From Eukaryota sp. TZLM1-RC (taxonomy: Eukaryota; Protista; Metamonada: BaSk clade), in NCBI GenBank assembly GCA_040285825.1, contig JAUPSS010000003.1:62001-126000 (forward strand): DNA of 64,000 nucleotides, in the 5' to 3' direction. Below the pieces are notes generated by a model that ran no database searches, had not been told where the DNA came from, and saw only the letters and a list, made by a program, of their open reading frames with translations. The translations under genes and the position numbers were made by a program. Below, piece after piece: positions 13,505-26,800 of the stretch (the stretch's first letter is position 1; each line of letters opens with the position of its first letter).

Positions 13505-14260
13505 TGTAACAAAAATGAGATTATAGATGCATATTCCCATTAATCAATTATTATTAAAAGAAAAATGTATTTATTCGAATTCATCTTAACTCACTTTGCG
13601 TCATGCTCTGAATTGTTCTAAATTGATAACCTATCGTTCTTCATTACATGATGCTGTAAAAGACACTGTTTTGAAAATGGCACGAACTGCAAGAATTTCG
13701 TGTATCAAAGAACCTCTGCTGAAGGAAACACTGTCATTGAATAATTTTGGTTCTGATGGCAGAAATGATGTATACTGTGATTGGATTGAGAACTCCAAGC
13801 TGTTGTTGACTTTGTCTCCTGTAATGTTGCAAATGACACTTTGGTTCACAGAAGAAAACTTAATCCTGTAGGTGCTCTTGAATTTAAAGCTAAGCAAAAA
13901 CATAAAAAATATGACAAAGATATCGAAGAGGCTAATGCTGGTAGAAATACACCACTAGTTTTTATTACTTTTCCATTTTTGATCAACGGAAAACTACCAG
14001 TAGAAGCAGAAACTTTTTTGAATAACTTCCAAAGAATGGTTCAAGAAAAACCAATGAAAAGATTTGATATTTTTTTATGGCGCTCTCGGACTTAATTTGC
14101 CATTATTAATAGATTACCTCGGTTTTTCAATCGAATTAGAGAAGCTTTAGCTAAACAACAAGCAAATCAAGATTTTGTAGAGGAAATCTTGGTTCAATGA
14201 TTTTCGTTCCATTAGTTATGAATTATTTTTGTCAAGTGTGTAAGTTTAATAAATGTAATA
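13505..14260 (+). mobile_element. 3' fragment of CRE-like non-LTR element
   Basis: ORFs 13596-14095 match the RLE C-terminus; 3' UTR motif at about 14205-14260. Confidence 0.85.
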
Positions 14261-14430
14261 AAATATCCCAGCAATTTTTCAAGATGTAATTATGGAAATT
14301 TTCCAAATAGAAGTAGTATTCATTTACATCCATGACATAATATCAATAGGATCAACCCTCTAACAACTATTTGACAGAATACAGAGGGTACTGCAATGCG
14401 CAAGGAGTAGAAGAGTCAACATTGGATTGA

Positions 14431-16915
14431 GAAAATGTAAATTTGTTACTGACAAACAACCAATTGACATTTTAGGCAACATTTTCCATTTAAAACAAAA
14501 AAAAGCTTGAAACTAGTAGAAGCAATAATGAATAAACTTGCTCCAAAAACCAAAATAATAAACAAATAAAGAAGTACAGTCTTTAGTTCGATATGTCAAT
14601 TCCATAAGTGATTGGCTCCCAAATATTTCACAACTAATTGCACCCATAAACGAGCTAAAAAATACAACCGTGTCGTGTAAATTGGGAGGCCAAACACGAC
14701 CAATTATTAGACCAAATAAAACAACTCATAATCAATCGCATGCCTCTGGCATTACCTTCACCAGACAAATGCATTCTGATAAGCCCCGATGCATCAGACA
14801 TCGCAATAAGAGGAGCCATTTGGGAAGAAGTCGCACCTTATGCTCCCATTGGAACTGCAGTAAAAGACAGAAAAGTTAAACCAATTTCCTTTTACAGTAG
14901 GAATTCAACCGATACTCAAGAGCGTTGGTTACTTTACAAAAAGAATTATATGTGATCTTAGTATTATTAACAGAAAGTCAACTTGAAAGCTTCTTCATAA
15001 CTAGACATCTGACCATTTTCACAGATCACAGGAATATTGCATTCCTCGCCAGGGCACCTGAAAAGAACAGAATCGTCAAAAGATGATTACCTATCTTGTC
15101 AAAATTAGATTTTGATATCGTACACGAAAAAGGAGAAGACAATCATTGGGCTGATATGATGTCAAGAAATTTAGATACAAATTTAGAAAATGCGGAAATA
15201 AATCACATCAATTGCCCACATGATCCCTTCTGGCACAGTGATATTCCACCTTCTGACGATGATTCTGATTATGAAGATCCAGACCCAATTCACATTTTCG
15301 AATTAGCAAAGCACTCAGCTTTACCCATTTTCTTAAATTGGCTCTCAAAGGTTAGATCAGAGCAACAACTAGCCAATAGCAATAATGACCCATTATTCAA
15401 AAACGCTACACTGTGCAAAAACACAGAAATCTGGTTAAAAGATAATAATATAATGATAATACCGACCAAACAAAGAAAAACGGCACTTAACCTAATTCAT
15501 GGTTTAAGCCAATCAGGCCACCCAAGCAAAAACGAAAGTTCTCATAAATTTTCCAAAAGTGATATCTACTGGCCAAATATGAAAAAGATCTCATTAAACA
15601 TATAGAACGTTGTCGTACTTTCCAGAAAACAGCACCAGTAAAGCAATCAAAGACTCCCTCAACTGGTTCCCTGTGGGCAAACCACCCTTCGCAAAATTAA
15701 ACGTGGATACTGATGGACCACTTAATAAAGACAACAATGATAGTAAATATTTATTAGTTTTCGTCGATTCATTTACAAGGTACACGATACTTGTACCATT
15801 GAGAAAACTCAGTGCCTTAGAAGTAACAGATGCATTGATATGGAACGTCTGCGCTACATTTGGCAAACTTATGTCTATACATAGTGACTATGGTCCTGAG
15901 TTAGCCAACGAGATATTTAAATTGCTTTACCAAAGAATCTCAATTGAGGTATCAAACTCAATTCCTTATCATTCTGAGAGTAATGGATCGCTAGAAAGAA
16001 AACAGCGAGAATGTGATACAATGTTTAATGAAATTTTTAAGACTACAACGACTATGATACATGGTCCACATATATACCAATAACTCAATTATTAATTAAT
16101 TCATCCAAAAGCAGAATTGCAAATCACATTCCATACGAACTGATGTTTGGGTCATCTATCAGCCCAAGATCAGATCCTGCTAACATCCTGGAAGGCATTC
16201 ACGATTTTGAATCCTATGTGTCACTTTTGCAGGACCTCAAGTTTAAAAATGGTCGTCTCCACAAGAAATGGGAAGAAGCAGAGCATCACCAATTGATAAA
16301 CAAACCCAGTCAAAATAAAAAGACTAATGAAAATGCATTTCATAATGGTGACTATATTTTTCAAAAGACAAAACAATCTAATAAATCACATAGATCTTAG
16401 TTAGGCCCTTGTCTGGTTTTAGAAACCCCTTCCAACTCCCCGTTATTAATAAAGAACCTGAAAACCTGGTGAACAAACAAAAGTATCTAAGAGGGACTGC
16501 AAACTTTATAACGCTGATGATCGATCCTAACGATTTTGATCTACTTAGGGCAATTGCAGCTACTGATTAAGATAAACATGTCATCGAAAAAATCCTTAAA
16601 GATTATAATACAACTCAAGGACCCTTCTGTACTGTGAAGTGGTTTAATGGAAAGACTACCGAAAAACCACTGCATTGTATCAGTTAATGAGAAGCGTATA
16701 CTCGATTTGATAAGAAACCAAGTAAAAGAAAACGTAAATCTATTAAATCCGGTAGCTCAGTTCAAGCTCTCCCCGTGCCTCGGCAAAAGCTTTATCCGCA
16801 GAGGAAGCGGACGAACAACTGTAAATAATTTTAGTTAAGAAAACGGGAGAATGTAGTGTAGGTATCTCACTGGTGAGTACCTAAGTTTAGATAAAATTAT
16901 CTTTATCCTAACCCG
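14431..16915 (+). mobile_element. Degenerate Ty3/gypsy pol (RNase H-INT-chromodomain), PPT and start of 3' LTR
   Basis: 'DASDIAI', 'KGEDNHWADMMSR', 'FVDSFTRY', 'SDYGPE', 'NGSLER', chromo-like 'HVIEKIL..VKWFNG'; PPT AAGAAAACGGGAGAA then TGTAG at 16852. Confidence 0.85.
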
Positions 16916-16917
16916 CC

Positions 16918-18400
16918 TTATCTAACAAATATCCTAAAACTAGCAAATATGCCTTTCAGCAACACAATTCTTAAATACAACAACATACAAACATTTGATT
17001 CATTTTGGTGACATAATGCAACTGTAGCAGAGACTGCTGACGCAAGTTCATCAGTAGTAATTAATTTATACTGAAAAGGCAACAAAGTTGTTTTTGCCCT
17101 TTCTTTAAAGCTGCTCAAACAACAAGCTGAAAAATATTATGTAAACTCTCAGAAACTGGGATTGGGCGAACATCCATTTTTGACTTTTTCACTGAGCAGT
17201 CAGTCGCGAACATTTTAATTTTCAGGACATTCACCCTGATTTGTTGAAACCCCCTTGAAAAATTAGGTTATTAAAATTGAAACAATCTTCTAAAGCTATC
17301 ACTGCAGCCTTGACACGATCTATAGAAAAACCTGAAAGTCCAGCACATTTTCCACGTAGTCTTGTGCTGATAACAGAAAAGACTTCTGATGCCAACAATG
17401 GATTACTTTCCCAATAAGCTCAATAATAATTGCGATCTAAAAGAACTTCAGGAAAAGTTTTTCAAATGGATGCAGGTTCATCAGTTTCTATACTGTATCT
17501 TCATTAATGGTAACTTTAACCCTCGGATTCAAAATAGATAAAACATCAGACCTTTTGTTATCAAAACACTTGTCTTCAAAAATTTTGCTTAACTTTTCTA
17601 ACAACAAATTTCATGGTCCCAAATTTGAATCACGTGAATTTCCTACGTAATTTTGTTCAATAGAGGGACAAACAGAACTGAAGAATTACCAACAATCATT
17701 AAGGGCAAATTTTTTGAACATAATTGGTCTAAAAAACGTTTAAAAATAAAGGAAAATTCTTTATGTTTAGACGGATGTATTTCTTGGGGAATTTTTTGAT
17801 TGGACAAAACAGAAGGAGAAAACGGGTTCCTACGATCGATAGATGGTGATTGTCTTCAGTTCTAAATTTCAAGTATCTCTTTGCAGTTTTCCCCATTTTA
17901 TTTCTTCTAAAAGAAACACCACAAGTGTTGCAAATTTTGTTTTTTTTTGGTATAACAATTTGCAGACTTTGCAACAACTTGTGAAGACGTATTAGTTGAT
18001 ATACCTTAAGATTATGCTTTCTTAATGAATTTCCTTTTGCATATATCTTTAGAATTTTTTGCATTAATGTTCTTCAGATTAGGACAAGTTCGAGCATTAT
18101 GTACCGTCTCACGGCAATGTGAACATTTATGCGAGCGTTTCTTGACCCTTGAACAACTTAATTTCAAAACATCATTTCCACTTTTTTTTTGATTTGAAGA
18201 ATTTTTGTTCAAAAATGAAGAGAGAAAAGGGTGGGGAGGAGAAGTGGATGGGGTATCATCAGCTTATTGTGAGCGATGTTCTTCTGCTTCAACACCATTG
18301 GAATCAGAGGCAGATTCCGGCATCAGCAACAAACGTATCAACAATGATGAAGTCTTTATATAGATTTATGTAGACTTCGTTGTAGAGGAGGGTCAAAAGA
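16918..18400 (-). mobile_element. Degenerate 5' half of CRE-like element
   Basis: Knuckle 'CSHCRETVHNARTC'; the RT start matches 48090-48330 in DNA (GGATGTTCGCCCAAT, LLPFQY). Confidence 0.75.
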
Positions 18401-18736
18401 CCCTTGGATACAGTGTGTGAAAACTTTAGGAATTTAACCATTTTGTCCCAAAGTTCTTACAAACGCAGTGCACACTTCGTTACATATAATCTGATTTGGA
18501 TTAAAACCATTGACAAGTAACTTTTGATGATTGTACACTGTAATAAACTACTAGTAAGACATCCACAATTATAGCACTACAATAATTACATTGTAAATGA
18601 TCAAGGTTTTTTAATAGAGGACCAGCCAGGCTTTGAAACGTAATTCAAGCTTTAAGAATAGTTACTCATTTATGAATTATTGTGATAGTATTAATAAACA
18701 AAAATCTTACATACATACATAACTTTATAAAACCAG

Positions 18737-20224
18737 TCAACAATACATATCAGGAGTTCTATTTAAAGGACAATAAAAATTCATTTTTGGGTAAGGTTTA
18801 ATCGTATTGAAATATTTCAGCTCAGGGTAATGATAACTGCCAAAGATTTGACACATTGAAGTGCCAGGCATCCCACAATAGAAGGGTTTATTTGGTAGAT
18901 GCTCTTCATAAATACCAAGTTGAAGCAAATCGCGAGGGGAAAATTCCTGGGGTATGATATCATTGAATAAATCTCCACCGAAAATCCCACCCTGTCTCAA
19001 CACCTCCACTACAAAGGAAGAGCACACTAGCTGTCGTTGCCCATCATAAGTCCAATCTACACGCTCAGGAATTGCAAGAAGCTCCCCAAAGTTCATATCA
19101 CCCCTTTCCACCAGAACATTAACAGTCTCTCGGATGGAGGAAACAGTTTGTCCAAGTCGGTGACTAATGCCTTCGAGAATGACACTGTGGAGTGGACCAG
19201 GTGCTACTTTTTCAACCAACTCAAGAAGTACCAATAGAAAGTTCCAAGACCATTTGCCTGGATAGTTTGCGTTTTCAGTATTCAACCAAGAAAAAATAAA
19301 ATTGCCCTGTCCGTAAGGAGTGCCTTCATTCTCTAAAAACCAATTAACTGCTGCTGTATTATTGAACTTAGCAGAATTTTGTGGACTTAACCTCAGAAGA
19401 ACAGCAGCTTCATACTTATTGGCACTTTCACTTGCAAGCCAAGAATCCCAGTCTTCAATGACAAAACCTGCCTTGGAACCGTCCGCTTTTAAGGTAGATT
19501 CAGCGACATGAAGCTTTCCATTCAGACTCAAAACAACAGCACAGTGGCCAGCAAAAGAATTTGTTCCAAAAGAAATCATTCCAGAGACACCACTTACAGC
19601 ATCTGATTCAATGATGACGTCACCAGGACGTAAAAGTGAGGTGTCAAAAGCTGATGGCGAAATGTTCCTTGGGGTGAGTGTAATATTCAGTGTGTTTTTA
19701 ATAAAATCAAGGTTTTCCTTATCAGTGCCTCGACCAGTAAAGAGTCTGATAGTATGATAGAGGTCCTTCAGAAGTTGCGTTGCCGATTGAGTGGAGTGAA
19801 AGAGGAAAAGTCCGTTAGTAGAAACATCATGCGATTCTTCTGGAGATAAAAGGAACTTCCAATGAACAGTGCCCTTATGAGAGACCTCTCTAACATGTAC
19901 GGCAAGCTGGCTAACAAGGAGATAAGTGTCAATGCAAGCAAAATCGCCTTTAGAAGCACTGACTTCCACGGCAATCTGACTAGTAGAAATACTGGAGAAA
20001 GAAGCTGTTGTGAGACGGGAGCAACGGGATCGCCAAGAGAAGATATGTTTGTCATCAGGTGACCAATGTGGAGTGAATATAGTGAGAAGCTCAGGTATAA
20101 AATCGTAGTGCTTATTGTTCAAGGGGGATGCAGTAACAGGGACAGGTACTAGTACACTGATTACAAGAATGAAACAGACCTAACATTAACACGGTGTAGA
20201 AAGCAAACAAACACAAAGCAACAT
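18737..20224 (-). CDS. Secreted permuted papain-like NlpC/P60 (YiiX/YebB-type) amidase, about 484 aa; one 33-nt intron (20180-20212)
   Basis: 'LRPGDVII', 'GHCAVV' (His), 'VAES', 'EGTPYG', 'LVCSSFV' (Cys), 'FSPRDL' give the His-before-Cys order. Splicing GTTTGT...GTTAATGTTAG yields the signal-like N-terminus MLLCVCFILVISVLVPVPVTA in frame. Confidence 0.75.
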
Positions 20225-20293
20225 TGGTGGTATAGGTAATTGATGAATGATTGATTTTTTTGCTTCGTAACTTTTTTTTATTTAATTTTAATT

Positions 20294-22320
20294 GGGAAAA
20301 CTCCAAAATCCACACGTTTTTCAAAGATAGAACAAAATCCACACTTGCAAAACAAAATCCACACACTTTCATAGATTCACAACACAATCCACATTTCCTA
20401 TGAACATTGATCTTAAACGTCTTAGGAACGATGCAACATTGGTGGCAACAGAACACAGGACGTTTGAGTCGAGATTGGACTTACAGACCTTCTTACATCA
20501 ACTTGCACTTCAATACAACAAGGAATTCACAGTTGCTCCCAACAATAACAAAACGCGGTATGAGGTGAGGTGTACTGCTGCCGAATGTCCGTTCAAAATC
20601 ATAGCTAGGGCACCAATAGATTCTGAGGTCTGGTGTATTACCAAAGCGGTCACCCATGCAGCAGGATGTGTAGCCTCTCCGAAGACCTATTTTCCACCCA
20701 AGATCATTGCATACATCTTAAAAGAAGACTTCAGGTGCGAGAGACCGTTTTCGCCCAAAGCGTTGGAAAAATCTAGCTCCGTCATCAAAAATGGTACATC
20801 TGCAGCACGGACAATTAGGGCTGCACAAAACTACTTATACGGTGACAGGGAATCTTCCTATAGACTCCTCCCGTATTATTTTTCTGCTATATGTGAAAAG
20901 ATGCCAGGAAGCGTGGCTTTTGTGAACTTCAATGCAGAAGGACATTTTCATAGATGTTTTTTCTCTCTTGAAGCTTCTAGTGAAGGCTTTGAATACACCA
21001 AACCACTGTTGGGATTGGATGGATGTCACATTAAGACTCAATATCTTGGTGTTTTGTTGGTTGCCACAACAGTAGATGCAGCTGGACATACTTTTTCCTC
21101 TTGCTTTTGGAGTAGTTGAAAATGAACATTATGATTCTTGGAAATGGTTTATAGAAGAGCTAAAGAAGGTTTTTGATTTGACTGGTATTACTGTCATATC
21201 TGATCGACAAAAAGGACTTATCAAGGCTGTTGGGGAAACGTTGCAAACCTCTGCTCATGCATTTTGTGTAAAGCATCTTGCCGATAATGCCAACGGTAAA
21301 GGTTCTAAAAAGGCCCGACCGTTCATATTCCGATTGGCCAAATGCGGTTCCAAAAGTTGAATACGAGAAACTGTTGCGTGAAATGACGTTAGTGAGTCCA
21401 GCTGCTGCAAACTACATCCGTAATACGGCTGAACCACACCATTGGGTTGAATATCAATTTCCAGGGAACAGATGTGGTCATGTTACCAGCAACATAGTTG
21501 AATGTGTAAATGCGTGCATTGCAGAAGCTCGTCAGCTTCCAATTGTACATATGTTAGAATCGATTAGGTCAATGTTGGCGAGATGGTTTATTACGAGAAG
21601 AACAGAAGCACGAAACTTATCATCAACTATTGTCTGCAGAGCAAATGATATTCTGGAACAGAGACTGTTACAATCTCGAGATTTAAAAGCTGTGGAATTG
21701 GACCAAGCTAAATTTGAAGTGAGGGAGAACGGCACTGTATTTACTGTCAATGTGGATTCCAACGAATGCTCATGTGGAGCTTTGGAAAAAGAAGGGATTC
21801 CGTGTGTGCATTTACTCGTACTTCTTTCAGCAAAAGGAAGTAGAGGTGTTGAATTATGTTCTGAACTTCATTCAACACAGAGATTTCTCAAAACTTACAG
21901 TGGAAGAATACTCTCAGTGGACGACATAAAACTTCATTCGGTTGTGAAGCAGACGCTAGAAGACAAGATCGAATCAGATATACAAACTCAACCTCCAATT
22001 CCTACACCGCGAGCAGGAAGACCAGGAGTCGTTAGGAAGAGGAGAAGTAATGAACCAAGAGGACCCAACAGCCGTAGCGAGAAGTTTACTGATGCAGTTG
22101 AACCAGCGCCCAAACAACGACGCAAGTACACATGTAAAGTATGTGGTGTCGAAGGACATAACGCAAGAGGATGTCCCAACAAAGATAAAGAATAGCTAAT
22201 AAACAAGATTGTGTGGATATTGATGTTTTTGGAGTTTCTGTGTGGATTGTGAAGTCTTTTGATGAAAGTGTGTGGATTTTGCTCCATTTTAAAGAAAAAT
22301 GTGGAAAATGAATTTATCCC
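20294..22320 (+). mobile_element. Mutator-like (MULE) DNA transposon, 2027 bp
   Basis: GGG...CCC ends; imperfect ~100-bp TIRs rich in AATCCACAC; 9-bp TSD ATTTTAATT at 20285-20293 and 22321-22329. Confidence 0.93.
20400..22195 (+). pseudogene. MULE transposase with SWIM and CCHC fingers, two frameshifts
   Basis: 'LDGCHIK', 'FPLAFGVV', 'ISDRQKGL', 'CVKH', 'TSNIVE', SWIM 'CSC...GIPCVH', 'CKVCGVEGHNARGC'. Confidence 0.9.
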
Positions 22321-22329
22321 ATTTTAATT

Positions 22330-25300
22330 TTATTCAAAACCTATAAATCAACATCTAAAAAATCCATCTCTCCCAAAACAAAAACACTAGATGCAACTCT
22401 CTCATAGTGTGAACCAAGAGACAGCAAAGCATCAGAAACCATCTTCAACATCCCCTTAAAAATAGAAAACACAATTCTATTTTGCCAAAACAATCTGTTG
22501 AAATTTCTCCCAGTTCTTCTCTTTACAATCAATTCAAAATCATCCAAAAAACGTAAAGCAGTTGGTGCAAGTGAACCAAAAAGGGAAAATACAAATGGAT
22601 ACAAATTGTATTTTGCATGCTGTAGACTGGCCAATTTAGAACAAAGGTTCATTGTATTTTTTGAGTTTGAAATTTTCAGCATTTGAAAGAGGATTATGAA
22701 TTTCAGAATTAACAAGCCTTTCATTTGAGGCATTACAAGGATCAACAGACATTACATCCAATAAAATGAAACTTCCATCTAATCCAGGTGATATAACATC
22801 ACCTCTATTATTCTTATGAAAATCATCTTCAGCATCAAACAGATTTGACAACAGAGGTTCCAAGAAGGATTCAATTCTATGAGATTTACACATACAATAT
22901 AACTGATCTCTTACAGCATCCTGAACCTTGCTTCTAAAAGTAATAAAATGTTTACAATTTAACAAATGAGTAGTTGTAATTTCTCGAGAACATTTACAAA
23001 TTAATTTATGAGGTAAATTATCAGGCCAGATAAAGGAACGAAATCTCATGTTCAGAGTCCAAGCAGAATCGGTTAAGAGAGTAACATAAACTTGTGGAAT
23101 TGTTGTGACTAAGGCAGAAGAAGTACTGTCACACATATCTTGTAAAAGATTTGCAAAAGCGGGATTCTTTTTCCTGGCCAAGCCAAGTCTAACATCATAA
23201 TCCAAGCTTTCAAAAATCTTTGACAATTTTTGTTGCAGCTTTTTACAGCAAAACTGTAAATTAAAAAGAGATCGGTTTGGAATTTCTTGAATTGATTGAG
23301 GAAAACATTTGGTCCAAATTTGTGGCGGCAATTTTTCAAGTTCACAAGATAACTCATACAAATAAGGACTGCAATTGGGAACTAACAGATGAGAATCATC
23401 AGGAAATCTACGAGAAAATTCATAAATAAAATTTTTGCCACCACCCAAGAATGCTGATTGACACAAAATTGAAGATTTAGTAAATCCAATACCACCCCAC
23501 TTTGCTGAAGAAAATAAGTGATTTTTCAACATTCCTGGTTCTACATCCAATAAATTAGCAAAAAATTCTGTTCTCATTGAATTAAAGGAACGACAGAAAT
23601 CTAATGCTGTGGAAGGAGCACAAGATCTCAAAATGTGGGCTTTTCTTCCAGTATAACAAATTTTAAGCATGAAAAATTTAATATGTCTTTCTAAATCTGA
23701 AGAAGAAATTGAATCAAGTTCAATTTTTATTTTTTCCAAAATAACTTGCAATTCATTCTGAATTTGAGGCACGTTTCCTAACCAACAACCAAGGAACTTA
23801 AAAGCATCACTACTATAATTAGTAAAAGGGACAATAGAATCGTTTATCACGAGATCTTGAGCAGAAGAGCCAATCAGAAGGCATTTGCTCGCATTAAGAT
23901 GAAGCCCAATATTTTCATGAATCGGCAATTTTTTGAGCAACCAATTCTAGTAAATCAGATGAACCAATCAAAGATATATCATCCATATAAGCAACTATTT
24001 TTATAGAAGGGTATTTTTGCTTAATGATATTTAAAGTTTTGTGAATAGCTAAACAAAACAATAATGGGCCTAAAGGATCACCTTGCTTCACACCAGAAGA
24101 TGATTTAAGACCAAATGAATTAAAAATTAAATCTGATTCTTTCCCATAAAAATGGTAGAAAAAACTCGATAGCTCAGGAAAATCAGATCTAATAACTTCA
24201 AAAATTGCTTCTCGCTTTACAGAATTAAAAGCATTTTTAAAGTCGAGATTAAAAATAAAATTATTTTCCTCTGCATTAAAAAAGGTATCAGAGGCAATAG
24301 CAGCAACAGAAGCACCATCAATTGTTTTGATTCCAAATTGATGAGGATTCAAAAATGTAGAAGCTTTGTCTTTGACACGATCGAAGACAATTGATGCCAG
24401 CAAACGAGAAAGAGATTCACCAACAGCAATTGGGCGTATTCCATCAGGTTTGATTCCGTTTCCAGGCTTTACTGAAGCAATCAGACGTGCAGCGAGTAAT
24501 TCAAATGGAAGATTAATTTTCGAAACAATTAATTGTTGAAAATAATGGGCTAGATCATCACCAATTTCGGGAACACTGGAACACGCTATTTTTAAGAGAT
24601 CAAAAGAAATTCCAAATGGGCCTGCTGCTTTCCCCTTTGGTAATTTTTGAATAGCTTTAAGAACTTCAATTGCAGTAATAAGATTTTCAATCCAAAAAGG
24701 ACACACATCAGGCTTGCTGCACTTGAAATTTTCTTGAGGATGCAACTTTTGAAGTTTTTCAAGGGTATCAGAGTTTGCATCAGCCAAAGAAGAGGAAAAC
24801 AATGACTGCTTTGCGGCACCATAACGACCACGTAAGCACAATTTTCGGCAAATTTTTGATTTTACAATTTTTCTATTTCCAAATTTTTTTTAAAACAATT
24901 TTTGTTTTTTCGAGCAAAATATTTCCAGAAGGATGAAATATTCCACTTATTATTTTTCAATTCAGAAGTAAAATTTCTCATTTCCATTGAGAAGGGGATT
25001 GTGCTGGCGGGGCTAATTTCTACTGGGATCTGGATCGGGGGTCTTACGGTATCAGCAGCTTTACAATTGGTACAAAACAGAAGTTTTCGACCATTTCTTG
25101 AATCTGTAACATTTTTTTTGCAAAATGGACAACAAAAATTACTGTTTTCAGAAGGGGAAGAAGAGTGAGCACTAGAAGCATTCAAATGTTGATCGTCAGA
25201 AACATTATTTTCAGCACCTTTCACAACGGCATCAGCTGGAACAGAACATTCGAGAATTTGTTGAGCAGATTTTAATTCAATTTCTCTTTTTTGTTTTTCA

Positions 25301-25790
25301 GGGCATGTTCTCGAATTATGACCACTGAAACCACAAATCGAACATTTTTTAGAACCTTTTAATGGCAATGGTTTCATTTTTTCAGTTATTTCTATTTTGT
25401 CAATTTGTGAGTTAAAAGTAGAAATAGATTTTTGACTTTTTCCAGTTTCAGCATGAGAAAACAAATTTCGAGAAACGGAGTTGTTAATAGAACGCGCAAC
25501 AGAACGTAAGGAACGTAATGGTGGTTTTTGTGTGTTGTTTCTGGTACAATGATCAGTTTTTGAATTGAAATTTTTTTGAGATGAATTTCGAGCATAGCTT
25601 GTATTGTGGGGAGAGTGGGGAAGTGGAGAGGATGAGCTTGATCTGACTGGCAGAATCTTTGCTTGGGCGTTCCAATCAGTATCAGAGTCACTATCAACCA
25701 AAGGCATCGTTTTGACAGAGAAACAGTACGACTTTGACGCTTTGACAGAAAGTGAAATATGAAAGGGTTGACTAAGGGAGGGAGAAAAAA
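22330..25790 (-). mobile_element. Near full-length CRE/SLACS-like non-LTR retrotransposon (single ORF of about 1100 aa broken by 3 frameshifts)
   Basis: ORFs 24862-25707 (CCHC), 23915-24841 (RT: RPIAVGE, QGDPLGP, YMDD), 22636-23940 (knuckle, 'RGDVI..LDV'), 22341-22745. Confidence 0.9.
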
Positions 25791-25871
25791 AAGAAAAAAA
25801 ATGATTATGTGATTTTCAATTCAAATGAATTATCAACACATTGCTTGTCTTTTCACTCACTCAATAAATTT

Positions 25872-26777
25872 ATGTTTTCTTTCCTCAGTAAAGCCAATGC
25901 ATCCTCCATCAAGGTACAACTGATGCTACAACTGTACAAAGGTGCCCGTGCCTTCTTTCAACAGGAAATATCTCTTTATTATGACAACTGCTTTACCGCA
26001 GTAGAACTTCAGGAAGCTGCTCATCAATTTTTCCACTCCCAATTGTCTGCAAAGAAAAAGAAGTTTAACAGTGACTGGCAACTTGAAGTCAAATACAAGT
26101 CAACCGGCAGCCAGTTTCGTCCAGGAGTAACCTCCACGATAGCTGGATGGATTTCTGCGCACAGTGGGGAGGGTGTAGCCTTTACAATCAAGGTCAACCC
26201 CATTGATGTGGACAAGGAGACCTACAAAATGTGGCAGCAAGAGCAGGTACAACAAGAGGTTATCCAAATGCCAGTTGAAGACTTGAAAGAGCTCAACGCA
26301 GGTGTATCGGCTCCATTAGCCATTTGGAAATACAGGGCCTCTCTTGTGGAGAAGCGTGAGGCTTCTTCTACTATTATACCTACCGATTTATCTCGATTTT
26401 TCAATTCTGTCAATCAACCCGAAAGTGATGACGAAGATGAAAACTTTGGAAATGCTGTCGCACAAATGTTATCACGTGAACTACTTCGGATTGATGCTAA
26501 GAGAAACCGTTTTGAGGAAGTTCAAAGAACTATATTGTTTAAAAAAGTTGCAGGCTTTTGTCAGTCTCTTAAAAGAAGATCTCCATGTCGTGCAAGACTT
26601 ATACCACTTGCTGAGCGTGCCTTAGATCAGGTTGATGATGCTGATGACCCCCATGCTCCTTTTTTCAGAATGCCAAGAGTAGAAAACGATTTTGTCTCTC
26701 CGCCTGCAACACAATCAAATAGTTCTAACGAAGAAATAGTGAATGCAGGTCTTGCACAGCGACAGTTATTTCCCTAA
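25872..26777 (+). CDS. Hypothetical ~300-aa protein convergent with DD34E transposase
   Basis: Open ORF (first ATG 25872); its stop is 23 bp from the transposase stop; no recognised domain. Confidence 0.55.
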   Translation: MFSFLSKANASSIKVQLMLQLYKGARAFFQQEISLYYDNCFTAVELQEAAHQFFHSQLSAKKKKFNSDWQLEVKYKSTGSQFRPGVTSTIAGWISAHSGEGVAFTIKVNPIDVDKETYKMWQQEQVQQEVIQMPVEDLKELNAGVSAPLAIWKYRASLVEKREASSTIIPTDLSRFFNSVNQPESDDEDENFGNAVAQMLSRELLRIDAKRNRFEEVQRTILFKKVAGFCQSLKRRSPCRARLIPLAERALDQVDDADDPHAPFFRMPRVENDFVSPPATQSNSSNEEIVNAGLAQRQLFP

Positions 26778-26800
26778 TGATAAACAATTTTATTTTTGAA

